56,744 bases of DNA from positions 1 through 56,744 of IMG/VR virus record IMGVR_UViG_3300020381_001070, one strand, 5' to 3'. Position 1 is the stretch's first letter; each line of letters begins with the position of its first letter. The stretch is from a virus (Duplodnaviria > Caudoviricetes). Shown here in pieces: positions 19,593 to 28,427 of this stretch. The notes beneath the pieces are model-generated. The model made no database searches, was not told where the DNA came from, and saw only the letters and a program-made list of their open reading frames with translations. Both the position numbers and the translations under genes were made by a program.

Positions 19593-19902
19593 GCTTAATG
19601 CTATTGAAAGCAAAATTGAATCACTTGAAGATAGCCTAAGTGCTGTTCGTAAGGTTACTCCTGTCCATGATTCAACTTGGTATGTGAAATGGGTTGCAGT
19701 ATTTTTTATCTGCATAGCTGTGTTGTGCAGATCAGTTGAAGAAGTACCAAAAATTTATGATGTTTACTTTTCAGTTGTTGGAACTGCGGGGTGGTTATGG
19801 GTTGGATTTAAATGGCATGACCGTGCATTAATAGTTTTAAACACAATTTTATTGGCCATGTTGGCCTCAGGTTTATTTAGACACGTCGTTACACAATTTT
19901 AA
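19573..19902 (+). CDS. Small membrane protein (DUF6552-like)
   Basis: WYVKW.A...GWLWVG..WHDRALIVLN; 3 TM. Confidence 0.55.
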   Translation: MSDTQSKLNAIESKIESLEDSLSAVRKVTPVHDSTWYVKWVAVFFICIAVLCRSVEEVPKIYDVYFSVVGTAGWLWVGFKWHDRALIVLNTILLAMLASGLFRHVVTQF

Positions 19903-19911
19903 ATACACAAT

Positions 19912-21066
19912 ATGATTCCTGATAAGAATACGTTTTGTGTAATGCCATGGTTTGGTCTTACCTTAGATAGCAGAAACAGATTGTCTCCATGTTGTAATAT
20001 TAACAAATGGACATACACCTATGACCAAGTAGAAGAATATTGGGCATCAGACGAACTAAAAAACTTACGTAAAGACTTGTTAAACGGAGTCAGAAACAAT
20101 ATTTGTAACAAATGCTGGATTAAAGAAGATCACGGAGGCCAGTCACAAAGACTTATTTCGAATTATGCAATAAAGGGAAAAATTAGAAAACAAATTAATA
20201 ATCCAAAAATAGAAGATATTCAATACTTTGATTTAACAACTGGTAACTTGTGTAACCTAAGATGCCTTATGTGTAAACCTAGTTTGAGTAGTCAAATATT
20301 AGCTGAAGCCATACAACATCCATATCTGAAAGAAATGCATAGTCCTACAGAACACTACGAACAAATAAAATTTGACTGGGGTAAAAGCACTGACTTTATG
20401 AAATGGTGTGACGCATATCTTTCGCAGGCAACAATTATAAATTTAAGCGGAGGTGAGCCATTAATTATTCCATGGTTACCACAAATCTTATCTAAGATTC
20501 CTGCACAGCAAAAAAAGAAATGTGTGCTACAAATGACTACTAATCTTACAAAAATAAATGATATTATATTTGATAGTTTCAAGGATTTCAAAAAGGTTTG
20601 GCTAAATGTTTCTTTAGATGGCACAGAAAAAACTTTTGAATATGTAAGAAACAAGCATGACTGGAACACGTTAGTGAAAAATATTGAATACATAGAAGCT
20701 AAAAATTCACCTAATGTTCAGTTTGGAGTAAACCATGTTGTGCAAGCCATAAGTTATCACTCAATACTAGATTTAGTAAATTTTTGTGATAATCATAAAA
20801 TGTTAATTAATCCAATTACAATTGATAGACCAAGTAGTTTCCATATTAGTTCGTTATCCTTGGACAGTAAAAAAACTTTTTTAGACAACACAAAAAATTA
20901 TAACGGTTTTAATCAAAATTTTATAAACTTTGTACGTGAACATACAAGAGCTCATTTAGCACAAGATCCAATTTTAGTACAGGAATGTATTAATTATTTG
21001 GAAAAATTTGATAGGGCAAGACACACAGACTGGCGTAAAGTATTGCCGGTTGAAAATTTTGCCTAG
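19912..21066 (+). CDS. Radical SAM enzyme with N-terminal Twitch/SPASM-like cluster
   Basis: FCVMPW..PCC..CNKC; CNLRCLMC; SGGEP; TTN. Confidence 0.88.
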   Translation: MIPDKNTFCVMPWFGLTLDSRNRLSPCCNINKWTYTYDQVEEYWASDELKNLRKDLLNGVRNNICNKCWIKEDHGGQSQRLISNYAIKGKIRKQINNPKIEDIQYFDLTTGNLCNLRCLMCKPSLSSQILAEAIQHPYLKEMHSPTEHYEQIKFDWGKSTDFMKWCDAYLSQATIINLSGGEPLIIPWLPQILSKIPAQQKKKCVLQMTTNLTKINDIIFDSFKDFKKVWLNVSLDGTEKTFEYVRNKHDWNTLVKNIEYIEAKNSPNVQFGVNHVVQAISYHSILDLVNFCDNHKMLINPITIDRPSSFHISSLSLDSKKTFLDNTKNYNGFNQNFINFVREHTRAHLAQDPILVQECINYLEKFDRARHTDWRKVLPVENFA

Positions 21067-21078
21067 TTGTAGTAAAAT
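21050..21078 (+). promoter_or_regulatory. Sigma70-type promoter TTGAAA-N17-TAAAAT (leaderless)
   Basis: -10 ends 5 nt before ATG 21084. Confidence 0.45.
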
Positions 21079-21083
21079 ACAAT

Positions 21084-21551
21084 ATGGAAGATTCAAAAAA
21101 AAATTACTTTACCACAGGGCAAATGCGTAATGCATTATTACAAATTGAAGACCAAATGGTACACTCAAATTGGATGCCAAATATAATAATTGGACTTAAT
21201 CGAGGTGGACTTATCCCTTCTGTATATCTGTCACACAGGCTAAATGTAACACACGAATCAATTACCATTAGATTAAGAGACAATGAATCTAATCGCAAGC
21301 CCGATCTAAGTAATTTGGAAAAAGCCTTTGCTTTTCAAAAAAAAATATTGATAGTTGATGATATTAATGATTCTGGAAAAACACTGAAGTATATTGAAGA
21401 TAATTTTGGTAGACCAAAAGAGCGTATAAGATTTGCTGTGTTGGTTAACAACAAGCCTAGCATCACAGCGGTAGATTATTTTGGTTATCAAATCAACAAA
21501 GACGAGGTGCCTAGTTGGCTTGTTTTTCCGTGGGAAGAATGGAGCAAATAA
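21084..21551 (+). CDS. Purine phosphoribosyltransferase (Gpt-like)
   Basis: GLNRGGLIP; PRPP loop LIVDDINDSGKT; WLVFPWE. Confidence 0.88.
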   Translation: MEDSKKNYFTTGQMRNALLQIEDQMVHSNWMPNIIIGLNRGGLIPSVYLSHRLNVTHESITIRLRDNESNRKPDLSNLEKAFAFQKKILIVDDINDSGKTLKYIEDNFGRPKERIRFAVLVNNKPSITAVDYFGYQINKDEVPSWLVFPWEEWSK

Positions 21552-21558
21552 TAACCAA

Positions 21559-21587
21559 TTGACTAAAAAATTTAAATAGCTTATAAT
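21559..21587 (+). promoter_or_regulatory. Sigma70-type promoter TTGACT-N17-TATAAT (leaderless)
   Basis: -10 ends 5 nt before ATG 21593; no SD. Confidence 0.7.
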
Positions 21588-21592
21588 ACATT

Positions 21593-21982
21593 ATGGCAAA
21601 TATTGCAGGTAAAATTTGGGGATCCACAGAACTTATTCTAGCTAATAGCTCATTAGAATTTCACAGAATAGATTATAAAGCAGGTGGTGTGTGTAGTAAA
21701 CACAAACATGAATACAAGTTTAACGGCTTTTATGTTGTATCTGGCAAAATGAAAATTAGAGTATGGCAAAAAGATTACGACTTAGTAGACGAAACTATAC
21801 TCGGACCAGGAGATTTTACTTCTGTAAAACCAGGCCTATATCATACATTTGAAGGCATTGAAAGTGGAGTTGCCTTTGAACTATATTGGGCAAACTTTCA
21901 ACACAATGATATCCATAGAGAATCCGTTGGACATTTCAAAAAGGATAACGTAGTTAGATTAGATAAAAAGAAAGGGAAGTAA
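21593..21982 (+). CDS. Cupin-fold protein
   Basis: SKHKH...F.V.SG; GD...V.PG.YHTF. Confidence 0.8.
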   Translation: MANIAGKIWGSTELILANSSLEFHRIDYKAGGVCSKHKHEYKFNGFYVVSGKMKIRVWQKDYDLVDETILGPGDFTSVKPGLYHTFEGIESGVAFELYWANFQHNDIHRESVGHFKKDNVVRLDKKKGK

Positions 21983-22992
21983 TGATCCCTATAAAAGGCT
22001 ACGCAACATTTGATACTTTAAAACATTGTTGGATTGGCTCAGCTTTTAAAATAGAGTGGTTTGAAAATACTCCTTTTTATAAGAATGATAAAATAATGTC
22101 ACCTTTGAAACGTATTGCCGAAGAGACTGAACAAGATTTTCAAATGTTAGAAAAACTACTCAATAAAGCTGGAGTACAAACATATCGAAGCTGGCCTGAC
22201 ATGGATAAAATTGGCTCACTAAAAAATTTATATAGACCAATGGTAAATCCAAGAGACAATTTTGCTGTTATAGGAGAAAAACTATATGCAGTAAGTGGCA
22301 GAGATGTTAGAGGGTGTAAGGATGTACTTAAACAGATTGATAGGAAAAATTTACACATTGAAATGTTACAGACCGAAGGACTTTCGACTGCTGAAATTGT
22401 AAGAGTTGGCCAAGATTTATTTTGGGATCATCCCGAGTACAAAGAAAATTTTGACAGTGCTACTATCACAAAATATAAAAAAATGTGGGAGGCTGAAGGT
22501 TTTCGAGTGCATATGTCAAGTAGAGGCTATCATAGCGATGCGTCATTCTGTGTGGTAAAGCCAGGTTGTATTGTGTCGCTTTATGATATTCAAGATTATG
22601 CTAAAGAATTCCCAGGCTGGGACGTTTTGTACTTGCCAGATCAAAGTTGGAAAAAGTTACATCCTTTTAGGAAAATAACGGAAAAGGTAGGTGGCCGTTG
22701 GTGGATACCAGGGGAAGAGGACAATGATAAATTAATTGCATTTGTAAATGAATGGTTGAATGATTGGGTCGGCTATGTGGAAGAAACTGTGTTCGATGTA
22801 AATATGTTATCACTTGACCAAAACACTATTATATGCAACAATTACAATAAAGAAGTGTTTGATCATTTTAAAAAACATAAAGTAGAGCCTGTAATTTTTA
22901 ATTTTAGGCACAGATATTTTTGGGATAATGGCGTACATTGTATTACCCAAGATTTATATAGAGAAGGAACAATGGAGGATTACTTTGGCTGA
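21982..22992 (+). CDS. Amidinotransferase (glycine/inosamine-phosphate amidinotransferase family)
   Basis: PRD, HSD, DVNML and GVHCIT catalytic Asp/His/Cys motifs. Confidence 0.8.
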   Translation: MIPIKGYATFDTLKHCWIGSAFKIEWFENTPFYKNDKIMSPLKRIAEETEQDFQMLEKLLNKAGVQTYRSWPDMDKIGSLKNLYRPMVNPRDNFAVIGEKLYAVSGRDVRGCKDVLKQIDRKNLHIEMLQTEGLSTAEIVRVGQDLFWDHPEYKENFDSATITKYKKMWEAEGFRVHMSSRGYHSDASFCVVKPGCIVSLYDIQDYAKEFPGWDVLYLPDQSWKKLHPFRKITEKVGGRWWIPGEEDNDKLIAFVNEWLNDWVGYVEETVFDVNMLSLDQNTIICNNYNKEVFDHFKKHKVEPVIFNFRHRYFWDNGVHCITQDLYREGTMEDYFG

Positions 22993-23413
22993 TATCTATC
23001 ACATCTGGGCAGACCATCATAAAGATGTAGATGCATATGATTTTGCAAATAAAATGCGAAAATTTTTAGATGGTTTAGTCAGTATGGGCAAAATGGAAAA
23101 CTATAGACTTACAAGAGCTAAATTAGGATTCAGATCAATGGATCTGCCCGAGTTTCACATCATGATGGAGTTTAAAAATATGCAACAACTAGATGACAGT
23201 ATGACATCTGTATTACGTAATGAAAAAAATATTGACGAATCACATGTTTCATTTAATAGGCTAGTAGACACAGAAACTATTCAACATTTTTTATACAGAG
23301 ATTTTCCTGATGATCTAAATACATCGACATTGACATCACAACAAAAACAATATACAAATGAAGAAATAGTACAAGCAACAAAAAAGATAGATCCTAAAAT
23401 ATGGAAAAACTAA
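22985..23413 (+). CDS. Hypothetical protein (DUF6614-like dimeric alpha/beta barrel)
   Basis: TTG start with GGAGG SD; R.KLGF...LPEFHIMMEF..M.QLD; LYRDFPD. Confidence 0.55.
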   Translation: MADIYHIWADHHKDVDAYDFANKMRKFLDGLVSMGKMENYRLTRAKLGFRSMDLPEFHIMMEFKNMQQLDDSMTSVLRNEKNIDESHVSFNRLVDTETIQHFLYRDFPDDLNTSTLTSQQKQYTNEEIVQATKKIDPKIWKN

Positions 23414-24288
23414 GGTATTCAGAAATATTTTATTCTGTACAAGGCGAAGGTAGATTTGTAGGTGTACCAAGTGTGTTCTTTCGTGTATTTGGTTGCAACT
23501 TTAATTGCCACGGATTTGGTCAAGGCAGAGATAAATCAAAGTGGTTGAAGCCGGAAGAAATGCCATATATGACGCAGGACTTATCGCATGTAAAACATGT
23601 AAGAGATCTGCCAGTTGTGGAAATAGGATGTGACGCTAGTGCCAGTTGGGCTAGCAGATACAAACATTTAGTCAGTTGGGACACTGTAGATGACATTGCG
23701 GTTAAAGTAAAACAATATACTCCGAACAACAAATGGACAAATGATAATGGATCAGATATACATTTTATAATTACAGGTGGCGAACCAATGCTATGGCAAC
23801 GTGAAACACAGCAGTTGCTTAGACAGCCTGAATTTAATGATTTGAAAAATTTAACAATAGAAACAAACTGCACTCAACCTTTTAAAGCTGAATTTGAAAG
23901 ATTTTTACAGGGCTTAGTGCATGGGGATTACACAAAAGAGCCAGTGCATATCACTTGGTCAACATCACCTAAATTATCAATATCAGGAGAACATTGGGCA
24001 AAAGCTATTAAGCCGTTTGTAGCTAGACAATATCACAAAATACCTAATACACATTTGTATTTTAAATTTGTAGTACAAGACGAACAAGACTTAGAAGAAG
24101 TAGAAATGGCAAGGAAAGAATACAATGAACTAGGAGTCGACGCGGATATCTACTTAATGGCTGTTGGTGCCACGCAAGAAGGACAAGCAAAAACATCGAA
24201 ACAAGTTGCAGACATTGCATTGCAAAATGGGTATAAGTACTCTCCAAGACTACACGTTGATTTATTTGGAAACAAATGGGGCACATAA
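23401..24288 (+). CDS. queE: 7-carboxy-7-deazaguanine synthase (radical SAM)
   Basis: SEIFYSVQGEG..G.P.VF.R.FGCN; ITGGEP; IETN; SPKL; SPRLH. Confidence 0.9.
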   Translation: MEKLRYSEIFYSVQGEGRFVGVPSVFFRVFGCNFNCHGFGQGRDKSKWLKPEEMPYMTQDLSHVKHVRDLPVVEIGCDASASWASRYKHLVSWDTVDDIAVKVKQYTPNNKWTNDNGSDIHFIITGGEPMLWQRETQQLLRQPEFNDLKNLTIETNCTQPFKAEFERFLQGLVHGDYTKEPVHITWSTSPKLSISGEHWAKAIKPFVARQYHKIPNTHLYFKFVVQDEQDLEEVEMARKEYNELGVDADIYLMAVGATQEGQAKTSKQVADIALQNGYKYSPRLHVDLFGNKWGT

Positions 24289-25337
24289 TGCCTAATAATA
24301 TTTCACTAACTTTAACTCCAAACTTCATAACTAGTCCTCCACAAATAAAAATTTTCATTAATAATGAGTTAATACACGACGGTGATTTACAAGACAAAAA
24401 AGAATGGATTCATACGACAAACATTGACAGATCACTTAGATTAAGAATTATAAGATCTGGCAGAACAAAAGATATCAGTCATAGAGATAATGCAAATGGA
24501 TTACAAATAACAGACTACACCGTGAACGGAGTAAAAATAGACCCAGCAATAGGATCTTACAATGTGTCTAATAATGATTATGTGGAAACACATGTTGTAC
24601 ACGGAAACCAATTGACGCTTAACGGTGAATACTTTTTAGAGATCCCTTATTATCATCTTAAAGGTGAAATCAAGCAAAAAAACTTAGAAAAATTTAATTT
24701 TACTAAACAACATAACGAATATGCATTCTTTGGAGCCAGCATGACAGATTACGATTTCAGTTTAGGGTCTCCGCCAATTTCAAATAAAAAAAGTTACGCT
24801 GATCTTTTTTTACAGGATCATAATGGAATAAATCTTGCCACTGGCGGTCAAACAAACCAAGAAGTATTTGAAACAGTATACCACTACCTACAAGAAAATA
24901 CTGCTAAAATAATATTTGTGCAATTGATAAGTTCGGTTGTAAGGCAAGTTAAAAATATTAAAACAAAACAACTGAAAAGATACTCGCCACACATGGAAGA
25001 TGATCTAGATTATTTTGACGAATTGACTCAGTCCAGCTTAAAATCAATACAAAACTATTTTGTACATCTTGATGTAGCACCTATAATTGCTTTACAAATA
25101 CCAGAATATCAAAAGTTAATTAGATACGCTGAAGAGAAAGGCAGTAAAATATATTTTGTAAATTATTTTCAAGACGAACACAAAATCTTTAATACCATAT
25201 TTCCAAATAATATGGCACCGTACTTTAGCATTGATACAAATACCAAATACTATAAGGAAAACGGAGCCCATGCAACAGTGGAAGAACAGGAAATATATTA
25301 CCAAAGTATAGTTGACTTTATTGGAAAAACATTATAA
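24288..25337 (+). CDS. Beta-sandwich plus SGNH-like hydrolase/acyltransferase
   Basis: FFGASMT (block I), NLATGG (block II), C-terminal H (GAH). Confidence 0.5.
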   Translation: MPNNISLTLTPNFITSPPQIKIFINNELIHDGDLQDKKEWIHTTNIDRSLRLRIIRSGRTKDISHRDNANGLQITDYTVNGVKIDPAIGSYNVSNNDYVETHVVHGNQLTLNGEYFLEIPYYHLKGEIKQKNLEKFNFTKQHNEYAFFGASMTDYDFSLGSPPISNKKSYADLFLQDHNGINLATGGQTNQEVFETVYHYLQENTAKIIFVQLISSVVRQVKNIKTKQLKRYSPHMEDDLDYFDELTQSSLKSIQNYFVHLDVAPIIALQIPEYQKLIRYAEEKGSKIYFVNYFQDEHKIFNTIFPNNMAPYFSIDTNTKYYKENGAHATVEEQEIYYQSIVDFIGKTL

Positions 25338-25340
25338 AAT
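25312..25340 (+). promoter_or_regulatory. Sigma70-type promoter TTGACT-N17-TAAAAT (leaderless)
   Basis: -10 ends 7 nt before ATG 25348. Confidence 0.55.
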
Positions 25341-25347
25341 ATAGAAT

Positions 25348-25665
25348 ATGAAAGTTAAGAAAACAAAGAACACTAAAGCAAAGAAGAAAACAAAAAGCAA
25401 AAGCGAAGAGCCATGGGTAAAAGTGTTAAACATGAATGTGGCTCCAGACAATCCAAGAAATGGTTTTTTTGAGCTCGATTGGAATGATGAATTCGTAAAC
25501 ATGCTTAAACAAAATGGCTACGAAGGAGATTCACCAGAAGAAATAGTTGATAGATGGTTTCAAACTCTTTGTAGAACTATTGGAAATGAACAAGGAGTTG
25601 ACGTGACAGGGTCAGGTTATGTTCAAATCAATAGAAGAGATGACGGAAAGACAGAGGTATCATAA
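25348..25665 (+). CDS. Hypothetical phage protein
   Basis: EPWV.V...NG.FELDWND.F...L...GY.G...EEIVD.WF. Confidence 0.6.
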   Translation: MKVKKTKNTKAKKKTKSKSEEPWVKVLNMNVAPDNPRNGFFELDWNDEFVNMLKQNGYEGDSPEEIVDRWFQTLCRTIGNEQGVDVTGSGYVQINRRDDGKTEVS

Positions 25666-25799
25666 TGGGTTATTTTTTGTTAGGCATATTGATAGGTTGG
25701 CTTATACCGAGACCAAAATTTATTGGAAGGGCAGAAATTGCAATATGGGGACCTATAAAGAAAAAACTACCTAAGTTTACACAAAACTGGTGGGGATAA
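25665..25799 (+). CDS. 44-aa membrane peptide missing from the ORF track
   Basis: MGYFLLGILIGWLIPRPKFIGRAEIAIWGPIKKKLPKFTQNWWG*; fills the gap exactly, TAATG coupling, GAGG SD. Confidence 0.65.
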   Translation: MGYFLLGILIGWLIPRPKFIGRAEIAIWGPIKKKLPKFTQNWWG

Positions 25800-26126
25800 G
25801 TGGGTGATTTCAAAATCTTGATATTGGCCTACTTAATTGGACATAGCCCTATTGAATCGCAACAGTACTTTCAAATGCAAGGTTGGTTCAACACTATGGA
25901 TGAATGCAAAGAAGAATTGTTAAAAACTATGCCTGATGGAAGATATGAAGTTTTAAATGACTTTGTTGTTAAAGGTGACTTTGAATGGGATTGGTTACTT
26001 GCAGGATGTAAAAGTGATACAACAGGAGAGGAGTTCCAAGTGACTCCAGTTTATCCAAACGGAAAGCCCAAAGAGTTAGAAGGAATTGAATTTAATTTAA
26101 ACGAAGTGAATGGAGAAAAAATTTGA
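25800..26126 (+). CDS. Hypothetical protein
   Basis: GTG start abutting the previous stop; F.TMDEC motif. Confidence 0.5.
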   Translation: MGDFKILILAYLIGHSPIESQQYFQMQGWFNTMDECKEELLKTMPDGRYEVLNDFVVKGDFEWDWLLAGCKSDTTGEEFQVTPVYPNGKPKELEGIEFNLNEVNGEKI

Positions 26127-27109
26127 CACACATATTAGTAGATACCGCAAACACTTTTTTTAGGGCAAGACATGTAATCAAAGGTGACGCTAGTGAAAAG
26201 ATTGGCATGGCAATTCATATCATGATGAATAGTGTCAAAAAGGCATGGCAAGACTTCGATGGCTCGCATGTAATTTTTTGTTTAGAAGGACGTTCATGGA
26301 GGAAAGATCATTATGCCCCTTACAAAAGAAATAGGAAAGATGCCGTTGATGCATTAACTCAGAAGGAAAAAGAAGAAAATGAAGTCTTCTGGGAATGTTA
26401 TGATGATTTTTGTAAATTTATTAAAGAAAAAACAAATGTTACAGTATTAAGAAATGCACAAGCAGAGGCAGATGATCTTATTGCGAGATGGATTGACAGA
26501 CATCCTAACGAAAAACATGTAATTGTAAGCACCGATAAGGATCTTAATCAACTCGTTAATCCAAATGTAAAACAGTATAACGGGGTTACGGAACAAACAA
26601 TCACACATGAAGGATGGTTTGACAAAAAAGGGCAACCAGTAATAGATAAAAAAACAAAAACGGCCAAGGGAGCACCAAACATAGAATGGATCATATTTGA
26701 AAAATCCATGAGAGGTGATCCTAGTGATAACATATTTTCAGCATATCCGGGTGTACGTACAAAAGGTACTAAAAATAAAATTGGCCTACAAGAAGCTTTC
26801 GCAGATCGAAAGGACAAAGGTTACACTTGGAATAATTTAATGTTAAGCAAATGGGTAGATCCTGAAGGTAAAGAACATCGTGTCCTTGAAGACTATGAAC
26901 GTAATAAACTACTCGTTGATCTACACGCACAACCAGAAGCAATTGTCCAAGAACTAGACCAAACAATTGATCAAGCAAAAGCAGAAAATAAAAGTATTGA
27001 TCAAGTTGGTATCAGATTTATGAAGTTTTGTGCCAAGTATGATTTAAATAGAATAAGTGAGCAGGCACAATTATATGTTGAGCCATTTAATGCGAGGTTA
27101 GTAGTATGA
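26123..27109 (+). CDS. rnh: 5'-3' exonuclease / T4-type RNase H (flap endonuclease family)
   Basis: ILVD, SWRK..Y..YKRNR, EADDLIA, VSTDKDL.QL, GD.SDNI. Confidence 0.88.
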   Translation: MTHILVDTANTFFRARHVIKGDASEKIGMAIHIMMNSVKKAWQDFDGSHVIFCLEGRSWRKDHYAPYKRNRKDAVDALTQKEKEENEVFWECYDDFCKFIKEKTNVTVLRNAQAEADDLIARWIDRHPNEKHVIVSTDKDLNQLVNPNVKQYNGVTEQTITHEGWFDKKGQPVIDKKTKTAKGAPNIEWIIFEKSMRGDPSDNIFSAYPGVRTKGTKNKIGLQEAFADRKDKGYTWNNLMLSKWVDPEGKEHRVLEDYERNKLLVDLHAQPEAIVQELDQTIDQAKAENKSIDQVGIRFMKFCAKYDLNRISEQAQLYVEPFNARLVV

Positions 27110-27618
27110 CAGTAACAGCAAAAATGTTAGTCAAAGACAGATTCTGGATAGTAGAAGAAAAAGGTCAAAAACTTGGAACTTTACAAAAACAAGAAAATAA
27201 TGGATGGGTATTTTTAAGTAAACAAAAAGATAGACAAGTGTTTGATACCCAAGAAAGTTTATTCCAAAAGTTTGGCTTTGATATATTTGATCATAGCACA
27301 CAGACTACAAATAGTGCTGTTGAACAAACAGATAACTTTGATGTACATGGCTTTGCATGTAGCCAACATCCATACAATCCTATGTTTGATGTTCAAAAGC
27401 AATTACCAGTTTACACTAAAACACCAAAGTCCAAAAGTCAATTTTGTGCAGGATACTATATTATTTGTTTTGAAAAAGGATGGCGTAAAGCATATTGTCC
27501 AAAAATGATTACGTTATCGAGATATCCTTACAAAGGTCCTATGAAAACTAAATTAGAAATGCAACAGGTATTAAACAATGCAGTCAAAGAGTTCCAAAAT
27601 ACAAACACGACCAATTGA
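27106..27618 (+). CDS. Hypothetical phage protein
   Basis: LP.YTK..KSKS.FCAGYY.I.F..GW...YCPK.ITL.RY...GP. Confidence 0.6.
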   Translation: MTVTAKMLVKDRFWIVEEKGQKLGTLQKQENNGWVFLSKQKDRQVFDTQESLFQKFGFDIFDHSTQTTNSAVEQTDNFDVHGFACSQHPYNPMFDVQKQLPVYTKTPKSKSQFCAGYYIICFEKGWRKAYCPKMITLSRYPYKGPMKTKLEMQQVLNNAVKEFQNTNTTN

Positions 27619-27835
27619 GGATCTACTAGGTCGTATTAGAACACTACGTCAACAAGGGCAACCTCAGATTATTATTACGGCCGCAGAAGCAGATAGACTT
27701 GCTGATTCCTTATCACAAGTAATGACCAGAATGGTAACCATACAAGAAGAGATAATTGAAGCTTTGAAAACAGCACAACAGGCACAAACAATCAATATCG
27801 AAATGGATGGTGGCGAATTTGAAAACAAAAAATAA
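27578..27835 (+). CDS. Hypothetical protein
   Basis: Helical; C-terminal I.MDGG.F. Confidence 0.55.
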   Translation: MQSKSSKIQTRPIEDLLGRIRTLRQQGQPQIIITAAEADRLADSLSQVMTRMVTIQEEIIEALKTAQQAQTINIEMDGGEFENKK

Positions 27836-28427
27836 TTTACAAGACTTATTAGAAATAATATACCCAAGTAAAAGTATTAATTCTACTTTCAATAGTGTGC
27901 AGGAAAAATACAAATATATTGCTGACCTTAAAGCAAAAGAATCAAAAGTAACAAAACAATTTTTAAAATTATCAAATTCAGATGTCTTACTAGATTATGG
28001 CGTAGGCTTAGGATTTATAACTGAACACTTGCATCAATTTGTAGCAAAAACTTATTGTTATGACACTGATCATAGAATGCTACACTATTGTAATGATAAA
28101 TTTATTAATGAAGATCATGTTCAGTGTATTACAGATTTAAAGAATGTTAAGCCAAATAAAATAACAATTAATCATGTTTTTGCCGAACATTATTCTTTTA
28201 TACAGTTTGAAGAATGTATGAAAACTTTGTATGATATATTAGTACCTCAAGGTCTAGTCTGGCTAGACTTTTTTGATCTTGAACAAAAAAATGATACCAA
28301 CCAGCATCTAAATAAAAATTTTTATAGTCTTAAAAAAACAATTTTTACATTAGAACAAATAGGATTCAAATCTAAATTAGTTGATTCTCGCAATGTTCAT
28401 GTCAAGATAGTTGTAGAGAAATTATAA
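27807..28427 (+). CDS. Class I SAM methyltransferase
   Basis: LLDYGVGLG; YD; HVF.EH; L.PQG. Confidence 0.7.
   Translation: MVANLKTKNNLQDLLEIIYPSKSINSTFNSVQEKYKYIADLKAKESKVTKQFLKLSNSDVLLDYGVGLGFITEHLHQFVAKTYCYDTDHRMLHYCNDKFINEDHVQCITDLKNVKPNKITINHVFAEHYSFIQFEECMKTLYDILVPQGLVWLDFFDLEQKNDTNQHLNKNFYSLKKTIFTLEQIGFKSKLVDSRNVHVKIVVEKL

Noticed and set aside
23330-23358. TTGACA promoter upstream of queE
   Set aside because: Perfect -35 but poor -10 (TACAAA at 17 nt) and inside a coding region; not supported enough
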